Below, in pieces: positions 26,288 to 35,823 of a stretch of DNA of 64,000 bases; positions within the stretch are counted from its first letter, which is position 1; the number at the start of each line of letters is the position of its first letter. The stretch is taken from IMG/VR virus record IMGVR_UViG_3300036784_000120, positions 63,790-127,789 of that record. One strand, written 5' to 3'. The notes beneath the pieces are model-generated. The model was given only the letters and a program-made list of their open reading frames with translations, was not told the origin of the DNA and made no database searches. The stretch comes from a virus. Lineage: Duplodnaviria > Caudoviricetes. The position numbers and the translations under genes are program-made.

Positions 26288-26507
26288 CGCCTCCGCGTCG
26301 CCAGACAGGATCTGCGAAGTTGCGCCCGATCGGCACCCGGCACCACGTGCATGTGCTTTCCCGGTTCCCGCGGTTCCAGTCTTCCAGCTGCGGCCGGTGC
26401 CATCCGGTAGGTCCGGGGCACTGCTCGGCCGGAACGTCACTCGGCGGCGGGTAAGGGGGACGCTCCTGCGCTAGCCGGTCGGCCTGCTCAACGGTAAGCC
26501 TCGCCAT
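26277..26507 (-). CDS. Hypothetical protein
   Basis: TAATG coupling; CTWC. Confidence 0.55.
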   Translation of the reverse strand: MARLTVEQADRLAQERPPYPPPSDVPAEQCPGPTGWHRPQLEDWNRGNRESTCTWCRVPIGRNFADPVWRRGGDGD

Positions 26508-26890
26508 TAGTGATCGCGTACCCCTCTCATCGCGTTGCAGCGGCGCATGGTGTGCTTCCGCCATGGTCCCGGCTCCCAGATCGCGGGTTTCGGATGATCC
26601 CGCAGCCTGGTCGTCTCGGGGACCATGGTGACGAGTGTCCCGCAGCATTCGCAGGGAATCGGGTCGGTTGCCTCACCGGAATACGTGAAGTAGTCCTGCG
26701 ACTCGGCCAGCGACCGGAACTCCTCGACGAGCTTCGGGTCACCGTTGAGGAAACGCTGCCGCAGCGCCTCCTCCGTCGCGCTGGGGAGCAGCGTCCGGAG
26801 ACGCTGGTCCCCAGACCGCAGCTCAACCGTGCCGGGCGGCATGTCCGGGTCAAAGTTGAGGAGGCCCGCGAGCGGGTTTTCGTCAGCCAT
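26507..26890 (-). CDS. Hypothetical protein
   Basis: GGAGG RBS; CECCG. Confidence 0.65.
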   Translation of the reverse strand: MADENPLAGLLNFDPDMPPGTVELRSGDQRLRTLLPSATEEALRQRFLNGDPKLVEEFRSLAESQDYFTYSGEATDPIPCECCGTLVTMVPETTRLRDHPKPAIWEPGPWRKHTMRRCNAMRGVRDH

Positions 26891-27308
26891 CGCGTACGAC
26901 TCCCTCCGCGATCTGGCCGTCATCACCGATGATCCGCCACCACCCGTGGGGCAGGTTCGCCAGGACCATAACCGGGATCTGCGGTTTCAGCAGGTCCTCA
27001 CCGGTGTTGAGGCTCGCGGTGAACTCGGCGAGGCCCGGCACGTACAGCTGCTGCAGCGCGGACGGCACCGCCGGGTGGCATTCCAGCCGGACACCGGCCG
27101 GCAGCCGCATCGGCCACACAGCATCACGGCACATCTTGTCCAGGCGGGCAGCCAGCCAGGTCGCGTCGGCTTCCTGCTGGGTCCAGCCGGGACACCGGAC
27201 AGCCTCGCCCTGGCGGTGGGGGAAAAACTCGTGGTCGCCATGCGGGTGCCCGGACTTGTCCGTCCCGTACACGGCGTTCCGGCAGGCAGGCTGACGCAGC
27301 TCACCCAC
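26883..27308 (-). CDS. Hypothetical protein
   Basis: Overlap coupling. Confidence 0.55.
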   Translation of the reverse strand: MGELRQPACRNAVYGTDKSGHPHGDHEFFPHRQGEAVRCPGWTQQEADATWLAARLDKMCRDAVWPMRLPAGVRLECHPAVPSALQQLYVPGLAEFTASLNTGEDLLKPQIPVMVLANLPHGWWRIIGDDGQIAEGVVRDG

Positions 27309-27606
27309 CAGTGCCTCCCGGCCGGCAGCGGGGGCAGAAATCCCCGTCAGGCAGTTCACGCCACCCGTCCGGGTAGCGCGGCGCGTCGAAGTCGAGTTCC
27401 GCTCGAGCACCGCAGCCGTTGCAGATGAGGACCGCGAGCCGCGTCGCTGCCTCGCCGATGTCCGGCAGCGACGCCTTCAGCTCGGCGGCCCGCTGCGCGA
27501 ATCCCGCGGCGGGCAGCAGCTCCTCACGGAACTCGGCGGCGCCGGTCACGCGGTTGACTGTGAGGCGCTGCCGCACCCTCATCCCGTCACGCTCCTCACC
27601 CGTCAT
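27301..27606 (-). CDS. Zinc-ribbon protein
   Basis: ICNGCG...GW...DFCPRC. Confidence 0.65.
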   Translation of the reverse strand: MTGEERDGMRVRQRLTVNRVTGAAEFREELLPAAGFAQRAAELKASLPDIGEAATRLAVLICNGCGARAELDFDAPRYPDGWRELPDGDFCPRCRPGGTGG

Positions 27607-28034
27607 TCGTCGCCGTCCTCTGCTCGCAGTCTCGCAAGTTCGGCGCGGGCGGCGTCACTCATCAGTCCTTGGTTGCGTTCGGTGTATTCCAGCAGTTCAC
27701 GGCGGCGGCGGCGGGAACGCTCTACAGTCAGCCACTCAGGCGTCGGCGGGGTAACGGCCTGATCCTCCGGCACGTCCATGGTGCGCTTGATGACCCGCAC
27801 ACGGTCGCCCTCAATGCTGTAGACCAGGCAGAGTACCCAGCCGTCCGCGCGCATAGCCGGGGTGAGTTCCTGCTCACCGGGCACGTGCTCCACCTGATCC
27901 GGGGTCACGCCCTCGGGAAGGGACATGTCTCCCGCCTGCCCGCGGGCGGCCTCGATCGCGGCTTCCTCAGTGCTGAACGGCAGCGCGTCCACATCATCAT
28001 GCCGGTCCTCAATGAGGACTATCCAGGTGTCCAT
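27603..28034 (-). CDS. Hypothetical protein
   Basis: MDTWIVLIEDRH... Confidence 0.65.
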   Translation of the reverse strand: MDTWIVLIEDRHDDVDALPFSTEEAAIEAARGQAGDMSLPEGVTPDQVEHVPGEQELTPAMRADGWVLCLVYSIEGDRVRVIKRTMDVPEDQAVTPPTPEWLTVERSRRRRRELLEYTERNQGLMSDAARAELARLRAEDGDE

Positions 28035-28168
28035 TGGGCTCACGGCACCTGCTCCCATCCGTGGATCTCAGCGAGGCGCGGCAGTTCGGCGGCCTTCAGC
28101 CCGTGGCAGGGTGCTTATCAGGTGCCGGGCACCGCAGCAGCAGCCGTCAACCTCAGACAGCATGCCCA

Positions 28169-28555
28169 TCAGATCAGGTCCTCCCCCTGCCCAGCTGCGG
28201 CGCGGATCCGCTGCTGCCAGTGCTCGCTCATCTCCACCGGCCACAGCCATTCGCGTGTGTCCGGGTCCTGACCGTACTCGGTCAGGGCGACATGACCGCG
28301 CCACGGCTGACTGATCCGGCCCTGGGACAAGGCGGTGATGATCCGCTGCGCGGCCAGGTTCGCGGCGAACCGTTCCGGCATGGCAAGCGCGATGTCGGAG
28401 GCCAGCAGCCGCAGCGGCGCAGCGACCTGGGCGCCGGCCAGCGCGCCCGCGAACCCGCCCACGATCGTCTCCACCTCGCGTGTCGCCGTCAGCGGATACC
28501 AGGACAGGTCACCGGACGGGGCGATGACTGCCCACCCCGGCGCGGCCCCGGTCAC
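28169..28555 (-). CDS. Hypothetical protein
   Basis: GTGA coupling. Confidence 0.65.
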   Translation of the reverse strand: MTGAAPGWAVIAPSGDLSWYPLTATREVETIVGGFAGALAGAQVAAPLRLLASDIALAMPERFAANLAAQRIITALSQGRISQPWRGHVALTEYGQDPDTREWLWPVEMSEHWQQRIRAAAGQGEDLI

Positions 28556-28887
28556 TGCGCCACTTCCCCGGCGAGGTCGTAGAACCGCTGCCACTCCTCG
28601 TCGTCGGCGTCGTACAGGAAGTCGTGCCCGGAACTGTAGGCGAGGTGGCGGCCCGGCTCAACCGTCTCGTACTCAATCCGCGACGGGTGATCATCGTAGG
28701 ACCGCTTGTACCGGACCACCAGCACCGGACCGGACGGGAACGTTACCTCGGCCAGTTCGGCGCGGGAGTCGGCCATGCGGGCGACGGCCGTAAGGTCGTT
28801 GAGTGGCTGGCCCGGCTCGTACCGTGCCGCGAACGAATCTTCCCTGCTGACCGGATCAGGCTTACGCCGGTAACGCCGCACGCTCAT
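28552..28887 (-). CDS. Hypothetical phage protein
   Basis: RRYRRKP...FYD. Confidence 0.7.
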   Translation of the reverse strand: MSVRRYRRKPDPVSREDSFAARYEPGQPLNDLTAVARMADSRAELAEVTFPSGPVLVVRYKRSYDDHPSRIEYETVEPGRHLAYSSGHDFLYDADDEEWQRFYDLAGEVAQ

Positions 28888-29348
28888 CGCTGCTCGCCTT
28901 CCTCGCCGGCCAGGTGGGTGATGATCAGCGCGTACCCGTCCCGCCCGCCTGGGCGGCCGCCCTTGCCGACCTCTACCTCAACCTCGTCGGGCAGGTCGGC
29001 GGCGTCGAGGGAGTTGACCCGGATCTCGCCGGGCTCACCGTTCGACACCACGTACCCGTTGGGGTTGATCTTGCGGCCGAGGTGCGCGCGGGTGAACACC
29101 GCATCCCCTTGCCCGATCCAGCCGTGCCCGGCGCCCGCGCCCTGAAGCACGATGTCGACGCGGACGGCACGAGGCGGCTTGACCCACGTGCCGCTGCTGT
29201 CGAAATACTGGATGTCAGGCCCAAGCGCGGCCGCGACGAATGCGCGGACAGCGTTTTCTGCACCCGGCTTCAGGCCGGCCGGGACACGCACCTGAAGCAG
29301 CGTGTTCCGGTTCCGGGCCGCCTGCGTTTCCCTGTCACGGTCAGGCAT
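28884..29348 (-). CDS. Hypothetical protein
   Basis: Coupling. Confidence 0.65.
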   Translation of the reverse strand: MPDRDRETQAARNRNTLLQVRVPAGLKPGAENAVRAFVAAALGPDIQYFDSSGTWVKPPRAVRVDIVLQGAGAGHGWIGQGDAVFTRAHLGRKINPNGYVVSNGEPGEIRVNSLDAADLPDEVEVEVGKGGRPGGRDGYALIITHLAGEEGEQR

Positions 29349-29640
29349 TTGCTGCGCTCCTCATCCAGCCGCCGTCCTTCCAGACGTGGCCGCGTACCTG
29401 AACGAATCCGCCGGTGCTCAGCGGGGTGCCGCCCGCATCGGCTTCGGTGACCGCGCCGTCCGGCCATTCGTACTCAACCGGCTGCAGCTTCTGGTTGCGG
29501 CGGTGCGACCCGTGCCACACGTGCTGCATGCTCATCCGCGCTGCCCGCTTTTTCGGCCGGTCGCCGCACTGGCAGCCGATCACGATCCCGAGACCGGGAA
29601 CCTTCACCCACACCGGCCAGTGGCCGTCTGCCGTGGTCAT
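29341..29640 (-). CDS. Hypothetical protein
   Basis: Coupling. Confidence 0.6.
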   Translation of the reverse strand: MTTADGHWPVWVKVPGLGIVIGCQCGDRPKKRAARMSMQHVWHGSHRRNQKLQPVEYEWPDGAVTEADAGGTPLSTGGFVQVRGHVWKDGGWMRSAANA

Positions 29641-29888
29641 GGCGTCACCGGGTATTCGGTCAGCGTGCCGTCACGGCTGATGACCGCGACACCCAGCAGG
29701 GTGTCGTCGCCGTCCAGTGCCGGGTCGCCGACTGCGGCGGAGCGTGCCGTCTCGTGCGCGCCTTCCTCGCTGCTCACGCAGTAGGACAGGCCTTCGGCGG
29801 CGTAGATCATCACCAGGGCGGCTTCGCGCGGCCCGCACAGGGCGGCGACAGCGCCGGTGAACTGCGGCGCGGTCATGGCGGCGGTCAT
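29637..29888 (-). CDS. Hypothetical protein
   Basis: Coupling. Confidence 0.6.
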   Translation of the reverse strand: MTAAMTAPQFTGAVAALCGPREAALVMIYAAEGLSYCVSSEEGAHETARSAAVGDPALDGDDTLLGVAVISRDGTLTEYPVTP

Positions 29889-29899
29889 CGCGCTCTCCC

Positions 29900-30247
29900 T
29901 CAGAAGTTATGGTCATAGAATTCGTGGCGTCCGGGGGTGACCCGCTGCCCGTTGCTCATCCAGCCGTGCTTGGTGAACCGCACCGTGCGGGTAACACCGT
30001 CGGGGTCCCGCTCGAACGTCCACCGCTGGTCGCGGTCGTTGGAGGTGTGACCGAGGAAACCGCCGGGGTGAAAGTCTGGCTTCCACGCTGGGTCGATGGT
30101 GGCCTTGTCCCGCTGGATGGTGACGGTCTTCCCGCTCGCCGAGACGGCGGTCACGGTGTAGGCGTGCGCGTCCGTCATGTAGTGCAGCGTGGCGCCGCCG
30201 CCGACCTCGAATGTGACTGGCGTCTGCTTGGTAGCGGTAGTGCTCAT
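29900..30247 (-). CDS. Phage hypothetical protein
   Basis: VGGGAT...TDAHAYTVTAVSASGKTVTIQRD...GRHEFYDHNF; AGCAGGA RBS. Confidence 0.8.
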   Translation of the reverse strand: MSTTATKQTPVTFEVGGGATLHYMTDAHAYTVTAVSASGKTVTIQRDKATIDPAWKPDFHPGGFLGHTSNDRDQRWTFERDPDGVTRTVRFTKHGWMSNGQRVTPGRHEFYDHNF

Positions 30248-30333
30248 GGTTCCTGCTTTCCTCGGCGGTATACCCACACCATAGCCGGGCGGTATACCGC
30301 TGTCAAGCGGGGCACGCTGATACGCTGAACCGC

Positions 30334-30738
30334 ATGGGATTCCCGGTCGGTCCGTACGTCCCCGTGCTCATGGTGAGCTTGAGCTCAGAGCCGCTCTACC
30401 AGGCCGCTTGGTCGGGCCGTCTCCCGAATGTCGCAATCGGTGAGGCGTTCTGGGCGTCATCCCGCGACGTTCCCGGCCTCCTCGCCGCCGGGCTCGCTGA
30501 ACTGGCGCCGGAAGGCACCCCGGCCCCGCCGGCCGAACCCGCGTGGACTGCGCACGGCCAGCCGGGGTTCGCGGCGGGCACGTCGAACTCGTCGCACCAG
30601 TGGGTGCCTTCCGCCGGGGGGACGGCGGACGGCGGCGGCCCCGCCCCGGCCGGGCAGCAGGACTATGGCGGGGTGATCGACGGGGGTCCGCCTGACGGGG
30701 GCACCCCGGCGGGGACGCTGGACGGCGGCAGCCCCTAA
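30334..30738 (+). CDS. Hypothetical protein with DGG repeats (virion-associated?)
   Basis: TACGCT 7 nt before ATG; precedes the tail fibre gene. Confidence 0.6.
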   Translation: MGFPVGPYVPVLMVSLSSEPLYQAAWSGRLPNVAIGEAFWASSRDVPGLLAAGLAELAPEGTPAPPAEPAWTAHGQPGFAAGTSNSSHQWVPSAGGTADGGGPAPAGQQDYGGVIDGGPPDGGTPAGTLDGGSP

Positions 30739-30747
30739 ATTCACCTG

Positions 30748-30769
30748 ATGCACGTGCATCGGCACGTGC
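30748..30769. promoter_or_regulatory. Degenerate palindrome ATGCACGTGCATCGGCACGTGC (copy 3)
   Basis: 12 nt upstream of the tail fibre ATG. Confidence 0.6.
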
Positions 30770-30781
30770 GAAAATCAGGTC

Positions 30782-33208
30782 ATGATCGAGACCATCCGGC
30801 TGCGCCGGGGCACCGCCGCGACCTGGACAGCAGACAACCCGGTCCTGAGCAGCGGCGAACCCGGGTATGAGACTGACACCGGGAAGGCAAAGGTCGGCGA
30901 CGGGGCCACAGCATGGAACTCGCTGGGCTACTGGTCACCCGGTGGTGCCGGCTCCGGCGGCGGCTCCGGCACGGTCACCAGCGTGTCGGTCGCCACCGCG
31001 AACGGCTTCACAGGCACCGTCGCTAACCCCACCACCATCCCGGCGGTCTCGGTTGGCACCAGCGTCACGGGGCTGCTGAAGGGCAACGGGACCGTCGTGT
31101 CCGCTGCGACGGCAGGCACCGACTACCTTGCGCCGAACGGCTCAGGCGCGGCGCTGACCGGCATCACGGCCGCGCAGGCGGGGGCGGACGCGGCCGGGGC
31201 AGCTGCCGCCGCGCAGGCGGCGGCGGTCGCCGCGTCAGCTCGGCTGCTCACCCCCACCGCCGTCAAGACATCCGGCTACACCGCCGCAGCCGGCGATTTC
31301 GTGCCGTGCGACACCACTGGCGGATCGTTCACTGTCACCCTGCCCACGGCCCCGGCGGACCTGACTGCCGTCGGGATCAAGCAGGTCACCCAGGGCGGCA
31401 CGAACACCGTCACGGTCGCCTGCGGCGGGTCCGACGTATTCAACAAGGCGGGCGGCTCCGCATCGGGCACGCTGGCACTGCTCGCCCAGGGGATGCTGCT
31501 GCAGTACAAGGCGTCGCTGGGCGTCTGGTACGTCATGTCCGACGACCTGCCGCTGCCGCAGCTGGACGGCCGGTACCCCCAGCGGTCGAACAACCTGTCC
31601 GACCTGGCCAGCCTGACCACGGCCAACACCAACCTCGGCGCCCCCGTCAACGTGATCGCCTACGGTGCCAAGGGCGACGGCACCACCGATGACACGACCG
31701 CCATCCAGAACGCTCTCAACGCAACCCGGACCGGGGGACGCTGCGTCTTCCCGCAGCCCGCCAGCTTCTACCTCATCAGCGCCGCACTCCAGGTCCCCAA
31801 TGGCGTCTCAGTCCTCGGCCCCGCCGTCTCCCGCCCCGGCAAGAGCCGCACCGCGTCCACTGCCACTCCTGCCGTCATCAAAGTCGCCAACGGCGCGAAC
31901 CTGAACGCGGTCATCACTGACAAGGTGTACCTCGCCGGCGGCACCGCGCCCGTCGCGCCCTCGGCGTCCATCCTCATCCGCGGCCTCGTCATCGACGGCA
32001 ACAGCAGCAACCAGGCCGGCGGCAACGGGCACGGCATCATCCTCGTCACCGAAGGCTCCTCGGTCGAGGAATGCGGGGTGCAGAACGTCCGCGGATCCGG
32101 CATCGTCATCGCCGACCAGAACGCCGCCGGGAACAACACCAGCAGCAGCCTCAACCAGCCCGAGAACGGCGTCTACCGCTGCAACGTCTATCAGCCCGGG
32201 GTGTCCGGCATCGTCGTGCAGAACAACTCCGGCGGCCTGACCGACGGCTACATCATGGAAAACATCGTCGACCTGAACGGTGCCGGGACCGGCGTCGGCA
32301 TCGACGTGCAAACCGGCGGCGGCTGGCGGGTCGCCTACAACCACTGCTATGCCACCCCCGGCGACTCTTTTCACCTCAAGACCCTTTCCTGCGCGTGGAT
32401 CTACGGGAACTATGCCGACAACTACGGGCAGGCCGGCACCTCGGCCACGACTTATTACGGGTTCCTCGTCACCCTCTCGCCGTTCGGCGGCACCGAGTTC
32501 ACCGACAATGTTTCGGCGCCCGCTGAGGCGGTCGGGTCCGGGGCGGCGAACTTCACCCACTTCTCGTTCGCCTGCAATGCCAGCGGGCAGAACAACATCC
32601 TGACCGAGCACGGCTCCCACGCCCGCCAGCGCAACACCGGCTCGGGCACCTCGACCGCGTGGGCGTACAGCGCGGTCGGCGGCGGCGGCACGCTGGCCGT
32701 GTTCGGGAAGACGAGCATGGGCAGCACGGTCGGGTCGACCATCATCCAGCAGCCGTCGATCACCGGGACGGTCACGTTCCCCGACTTCCGCGGCGCCCCG
32801 CAGGCCAGCCAGCCGTCCAACCCTTCCGGCACCCTTTCGGCGACGCTGGTCATGGCCGGGTTCGCCATCGCCTTCACCCCGCAGGCCACCGGGAAGGTGA
32901 AGATCACCGTCTCCGGCGGGGCCGGCGTGCAGACCGCTGTGCAGAACGTGACCGTCGGCGCCCGGTACGGCACCGGCACCGCGCCTGCCAACGGGGCCGC
33001 GGTGACGGGCACCAGGATCGGCGTGGACCAGACGGCGCGCGGGCCGGCCACCACCGTCGCATTCAACGCGAACTGGGCGATCACCGGTGAGGCGACCGGG
33101 CTGACGCCCGGCACCGCTTACTGGTTCGACCTGGCCTTCGACACCGGGAACGCCGCCGATCAGGCGCAGATCGGGAACGTCTCCCTCATACTGGAAGAGG
33201 TGCCCTAG
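30782..33208 (+). CDS. Tail fibre/tailspike: Mtd_N-like N-terminus + pectate-lyase-like beta-helix
   Basis: IRLRRGTAATWTADNPVLSSGEPGYETDTGKAKVGDGATAWNSL; VNVIAYGAKGDGTTDDTTAIQNAL. Confidence 0.88.
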   Translation: MIETIRLRRGTAATWTADNPVLSSGEPGYETDTGKAKVGDGATAWNSLGYWSPGGAGSGGGSGTVTSVSVATANGFTGTVANPTTIPAVSVGTSVTGLLKGNGTVVSAATAGTDYLAPNGSGAALTGITAAQAGADAAGAAAAAQAAAVAASARLLTPTAVKTSGYTAAAGDFVPCDTTGGSFTVTLPTAPADLTAVGIKQVTQGGTNTVTVACGGSDVFNKAGGSASGTLALLAQGMLLQYKASLGVWYVMSDDLPLPQLDGRYPQRSNNLSDLASLTTANTNLGAPVNVIAYGAKGDGTTDDTTAIQNALNATRTGGRCVFPQPASFYLISAALQVPNGVSVLGPAVSRPGKSRTASTATPAVIKVANGANLNAVITDKVYLAGGTAPVAPSASILIRGLVIDGNSSNQAGGNGHGIILVTEGSSVEECGVQNVRGSGIVIADQNAAGNNTSSSLNQPENGVYRCNVYQPGVSGIVVQNNSGGLTDGYIMENIVDLNGAGTGVGIDVQTGGGWRVAYNHCYATPGDSFHLKTLSCAWIYGNYADNYGQAGTSATTYYGFLVTLSPFGGTEFTDNVSAPAEAVGSGAANFTHFSFACNASGQNNILTEHGSHARQRNTGSGTSTAWAYSAVGGGGTLAVFGKTSMGSTVGSTIIQQPSITGTVTFPDFRGAPQASQPSNPSGTLSATLVMAGFAIAFTPQATGKVKITVSGGAGVQTAVQNVTVGARYGTGTAPANGAAVTGTRIGVDQTARGPATTVAFNANWAITGEATGLTPGTAYWFDLAFDTGNAADQAQIGNVSLILEEVP

Positions 33209-33291
33209 AACAGGGTGATCCTCCGAGATAGGTCGGGCGTGCCGTTGACATCCTGCCCGCATTCAGGGCCAAGGCGGGCGTTCCGGCCAAT

Positions 33292-33522
33292 TTACGGGCC
33301 GGCCGTGCCGCCGCCGGCCGGGGCCGCCGCGATGCCCGCGAGGGTGCCGTCATAGCGTTCCGCTCGTTCCCGTTCCATGACGTACTGCGGGTCGCTCATC
33401 TGCGGCTGGCCGAGGACCTGGCGCATCTCCACGATCGGGGGGACGGGGACTAGCCGCCAGCCTTGCTGGCCGAGGCCGGGGACCTCATCCCAGGTGGCGC
33501 GTCGGTACTCGTAAGCGGGCAC
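33292..33522 (-). CDS. Small hypothetical protein
   Basis: YEYRR...LGQQGWRLV; TAAGAT before the GTG start. Confidence 0.55.
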   Translation of the reverse strand: MPAYEYRRATWDEVPGLGQQGWRLVPVPPIVEMRQVLGQPQMSDPQYVMERERAERYDGTLAGIAAAPAGGGTAGP

Positions 33523-33568
33523 GACCGGAATCTTACCGGCCCCGGCGCGGCCATGAGCGGCATGCTGC

Positions 33569-33590
33569 TGCACGTGCATATGCACGTGCA
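33569..33590. promoter_or_regulatory. Palindrome TGCACGTGCATATGCACGTGCA (copy 4)
   Basis: Followed 6 nt later by TAGGGT; upstream of the lysin. Confidence 0.75.
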
Positions 33591-33638
33591 TACGGCTAGG
33601 GTGTGCCTTGACGAGACGCGACACCGGGAGGAGTCCAA

Positions 33639-34520
33639 GTGCCCCTGTTCCACCGCGCGCAGCCGCCGGCCGCCGCTGCCCCTCCCCCCGTCCCGTTCCG
33701 GGCCGGGCACCCGGCCGGCCTCGCACCGGAGACCGCGGCCCCCCAGCCCAAGTTCACCGGCACCTACACCCTGCTCGCCGACGTGTCCGAGTTCCAGCCG
33801 TCGATCGCCGACGCCGCGTACCTCAAATGGTCGAAAGCGATCGTCATCCGCGCCGCGTACGGCGACGCCCACGACGACACCGCCTGGTACGGCGGCGCCC
33901 GCCGCGCCGCCCTGCACGCCGGCGGCGCCCAGTTCATCGGCATCTACCAGTATCTCGTCGCCGGGCAGGACGGCGCCGCGCAGGCGAACGCGCTGCACGC
34001 CCTCGTCGGCCCGCTGCAAAAGGGCGAGGTGCTGATCGCCGACTTCGAGCAGGGCGAGAAGGCCATGCTCACCGCCTGGTACAACCGGATGCTCGCGCTC
34101 GGGTACCCGGACAAGTTCGTCTGGACGTACACGGGGGCGAACTTCGGGCAGGCCCAGGATGCGCTGCCGGTGCAGTGGCTCGCCGACTACACCGCCGTAG
34201 AGCCGGCCAGCGCCCACACCCTGTGGCAGTTCACCGACAACTACGCAGTGCCCGGCGTCGGACATGTCGACTGCTCCGTCTACCACGGCAGCATCACCCG
34301 GCTCGGCGCCCTGGCCTACCCCGGCACCGTGACCCCGGCACCGCAGCCCGCACCCGCACCCAAGCCCGCGTCCGCGGAGCCGGTCATCGGCACGCAGGGC
34401 GGCTGGCGGTGGTGCGAGAAATGCGAACTTCTCGCCCACGGCCCCGGTGCATGCCCCAAGGGCGGCCAGCACAAGCTCGGCACCTGGGAATACTTTCTGC
34501 CCTACAGCCACCCCGCGTAA
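33639..34520 (+). CDS. GH25-like muramidase endolysin
   Basis: DVSEFQ, IIRAAYG-like VIRAAYG, GIYQYL, ADFE, WLADY, LWQFTD, VDCS. Confidence 0.85.
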   Translation: MPLFHRAQPPAAAAPPPVPFRAGHPAGLAPETAAPQPKFTGTYTLLADVSEFQPSIADAAYLKWSKAIVIRAAYGDAHDDTAWYGGARRAALHAGGAQFIGIYQYLVAGQDGAAQANALHALVGPLQKGEVLIADFEQGEKAMLTAWYNRMLALGYPDKFVWTYTGANFGQAQDALPVQWLADYTAVEPASAHTLWQFTDNYAVPGVGHVDCSVYHGSITRLGALAYPGTVTPAPQPAPAPKPASAEPVIGTQGGWRWCEKCELLAHGPGACPKGGQHKLGTWEYFLPYSHPA

Positions 34521-34531
34521 AAGGAGCCACC

Positions 34532-34876
34532 ATGGCCGACATCAATCCGCAGTCTGACGGCGGCGCCCAGATCACCGTCACCCAGGGCGAGACCGCGGGC
34601 CTGAAGGCGCTCGCCGCAGTGCACCTGCCGTTCATCCGCAAGGCGATCGCGTGGTTCGGCACCGACGTGGCCCCCGAGCTCGGCGAAGCCGAATCCTTCC
34701 TGAAGTCGCTGGCATCCAACCCGGCTGAGGGGTCGACGCTGACGGTCAGCGCACCGCAGGCGACAGCGCTGCGGGGGCTGCTCGCCGCGCACATCCCCGA
34801 CTTCCAGCAGGTCCTCGCTGTCGTCGAGTCGCCGGTCGTGCGGGAACTGCTGGACTTCGCGAAGGCCCTGCTCTGA
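34532..34876 (+). CDS. Hypothetical protein with internal duplication
   Basis: AAGGAG RBS; GLKALAAVHLP / ALRGLLAAHIP. Confidence 0.7.
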   Translation: MADINPQSDGGAQITVTQGETAGLKALAAVHLPFIRKAIAWFGTDVAPELGEAESFLKSLASNPAEGSTLTVSAPQATALRGLLAAHIPDFQQVLAVVESPVVRELLDFAKALL

Positions 34877-35109
34877 TGATGCCGCGGCTGCGGCGTCCCG
34901 CCCCCCGTGACGAGTCGCGGGAGACGATAGACCGGGCGGTGGTGATGCTGCGCCGGTTCCAGCGCGCCGGGGAACGTGAACTGCCGATCACGGAGATGCT
35001 CACCCTGCTCGGTGCCGCCCCCGAGGCTGAAACCGGCCCGGGGCCGGCCCCGGGCCGGGACCCGCTGGCTGACCCGCTGACCGGCTGCCGGCCCGTCACC
35101 CCCGGCTAG
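34876..35109 (+). CDS. Hypothetical protein
   Basis: TGATG coupling. Confidence 0.55.
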   Translation: MMPRLRRPAPRDESRETIDRAVVMLRRFQRAGERELPITEMLTLLGAAPEAETGPGPAPGRDPLADPLTGCRPVTPG

Positions 35110-35282
35110 GCCGCGAGCCGCTCCGCGGCCTCCGCGTCGTGCTGCGGCGGCTGTTCCTGTTCCCGTTCGTCCTGTTCGCGCTGCCGGTCCGCCCGCCACC
35201 GGGTGATGAGGATGACCGCGGAGATGATGACATCAGCGGCGAAGATGCCGGTCACGACGAGAGCGTGCGCGTGCGCGTGCAT
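35106..35282 (-). CDS. Small membrane protein
   Basis: AAGG RBS; single TM. Confidence 0.55.
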   Translation of the reverse strand: MHAHAHALVVTGIFAADVIISAVILITRWRADRQREQDEREQEQPPQHDAEAAERLAA

Positions 35283-35462
35283 GACTGGCCTTCCAGGCAA
35301 AAGGCGGCGGGGAAAACCGCCAGTAAAGCCTATCGGAACGGACATATTGCGTGCCGGGCGGCGGCGGCGGATGCTGGAAGCGGGCACGGCTCACTAGCGC
35401 CGGGTTCCGGTGGTTCGGGCACGCCGGGCCGGTTGGGTAGATGTGCAAACCCGGCCCGGCTG

Positions 35463-35681
35463 TCAGCCGCTGTCCCCCTGCCGTTCGCCGAGGCGCCGCT
35501 GCAGGTCAGCCAGCGCCGCTTCCGCGTTCGCGCCGTTCCCGCATTCGATCAGGCGGCCAGAGCTGTCGCGCACCTCGGCGTACAGGTGGCCGGGCCATGC
35601 CGGGTCCGGCGGGTAGGTCAGCTTGCAGCCCCCGGCGAGCAGGGGGCCGAGGACCGGGCCGAACAAGTCTGCGGGGTCCAT
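35463..35681 (-). CDS. Hypothetical protein
   Basis: GGAGGA RBS. Confidence 0.6.
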   Translation of the reverse strand: MDPADLFGPVLGPLLAGGCKLTYPPDPAWPGHLYAEVRDSSGRLIECGNGANAEAALADLQRRLGERQGDSG

Positions 35682-35700
35682 GGTCAGTCGTCCTCCCCCA

Positions 35701-35823
35701 TCAGCCGCCCGTCGCCATCAGCACGACGAGCGCGACCAGCATGCAGAGGCTGAACGCGGCGACGAAGAGCGTGAAGCCGGGGTCGTTTATGAGCCGGGCG
35801 TGCGGAGGTACTTTCCGTGGCAT
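35701..35823 (-). CDS. Small membrane protein
   Basis: TGATG coupling; TM. Confidence 0.55.
   Translation of the reverse strand: MPRKVPPHARLINDPGFTLFVAAFSLCMLVALVVLMATGG

Noticed and set aside
30782-33208. Diversity-generating retroelement suggested by the Mtd_N-like domain
   Set aside because: No reverse transcriptase or TR/VR pair seen in the window.
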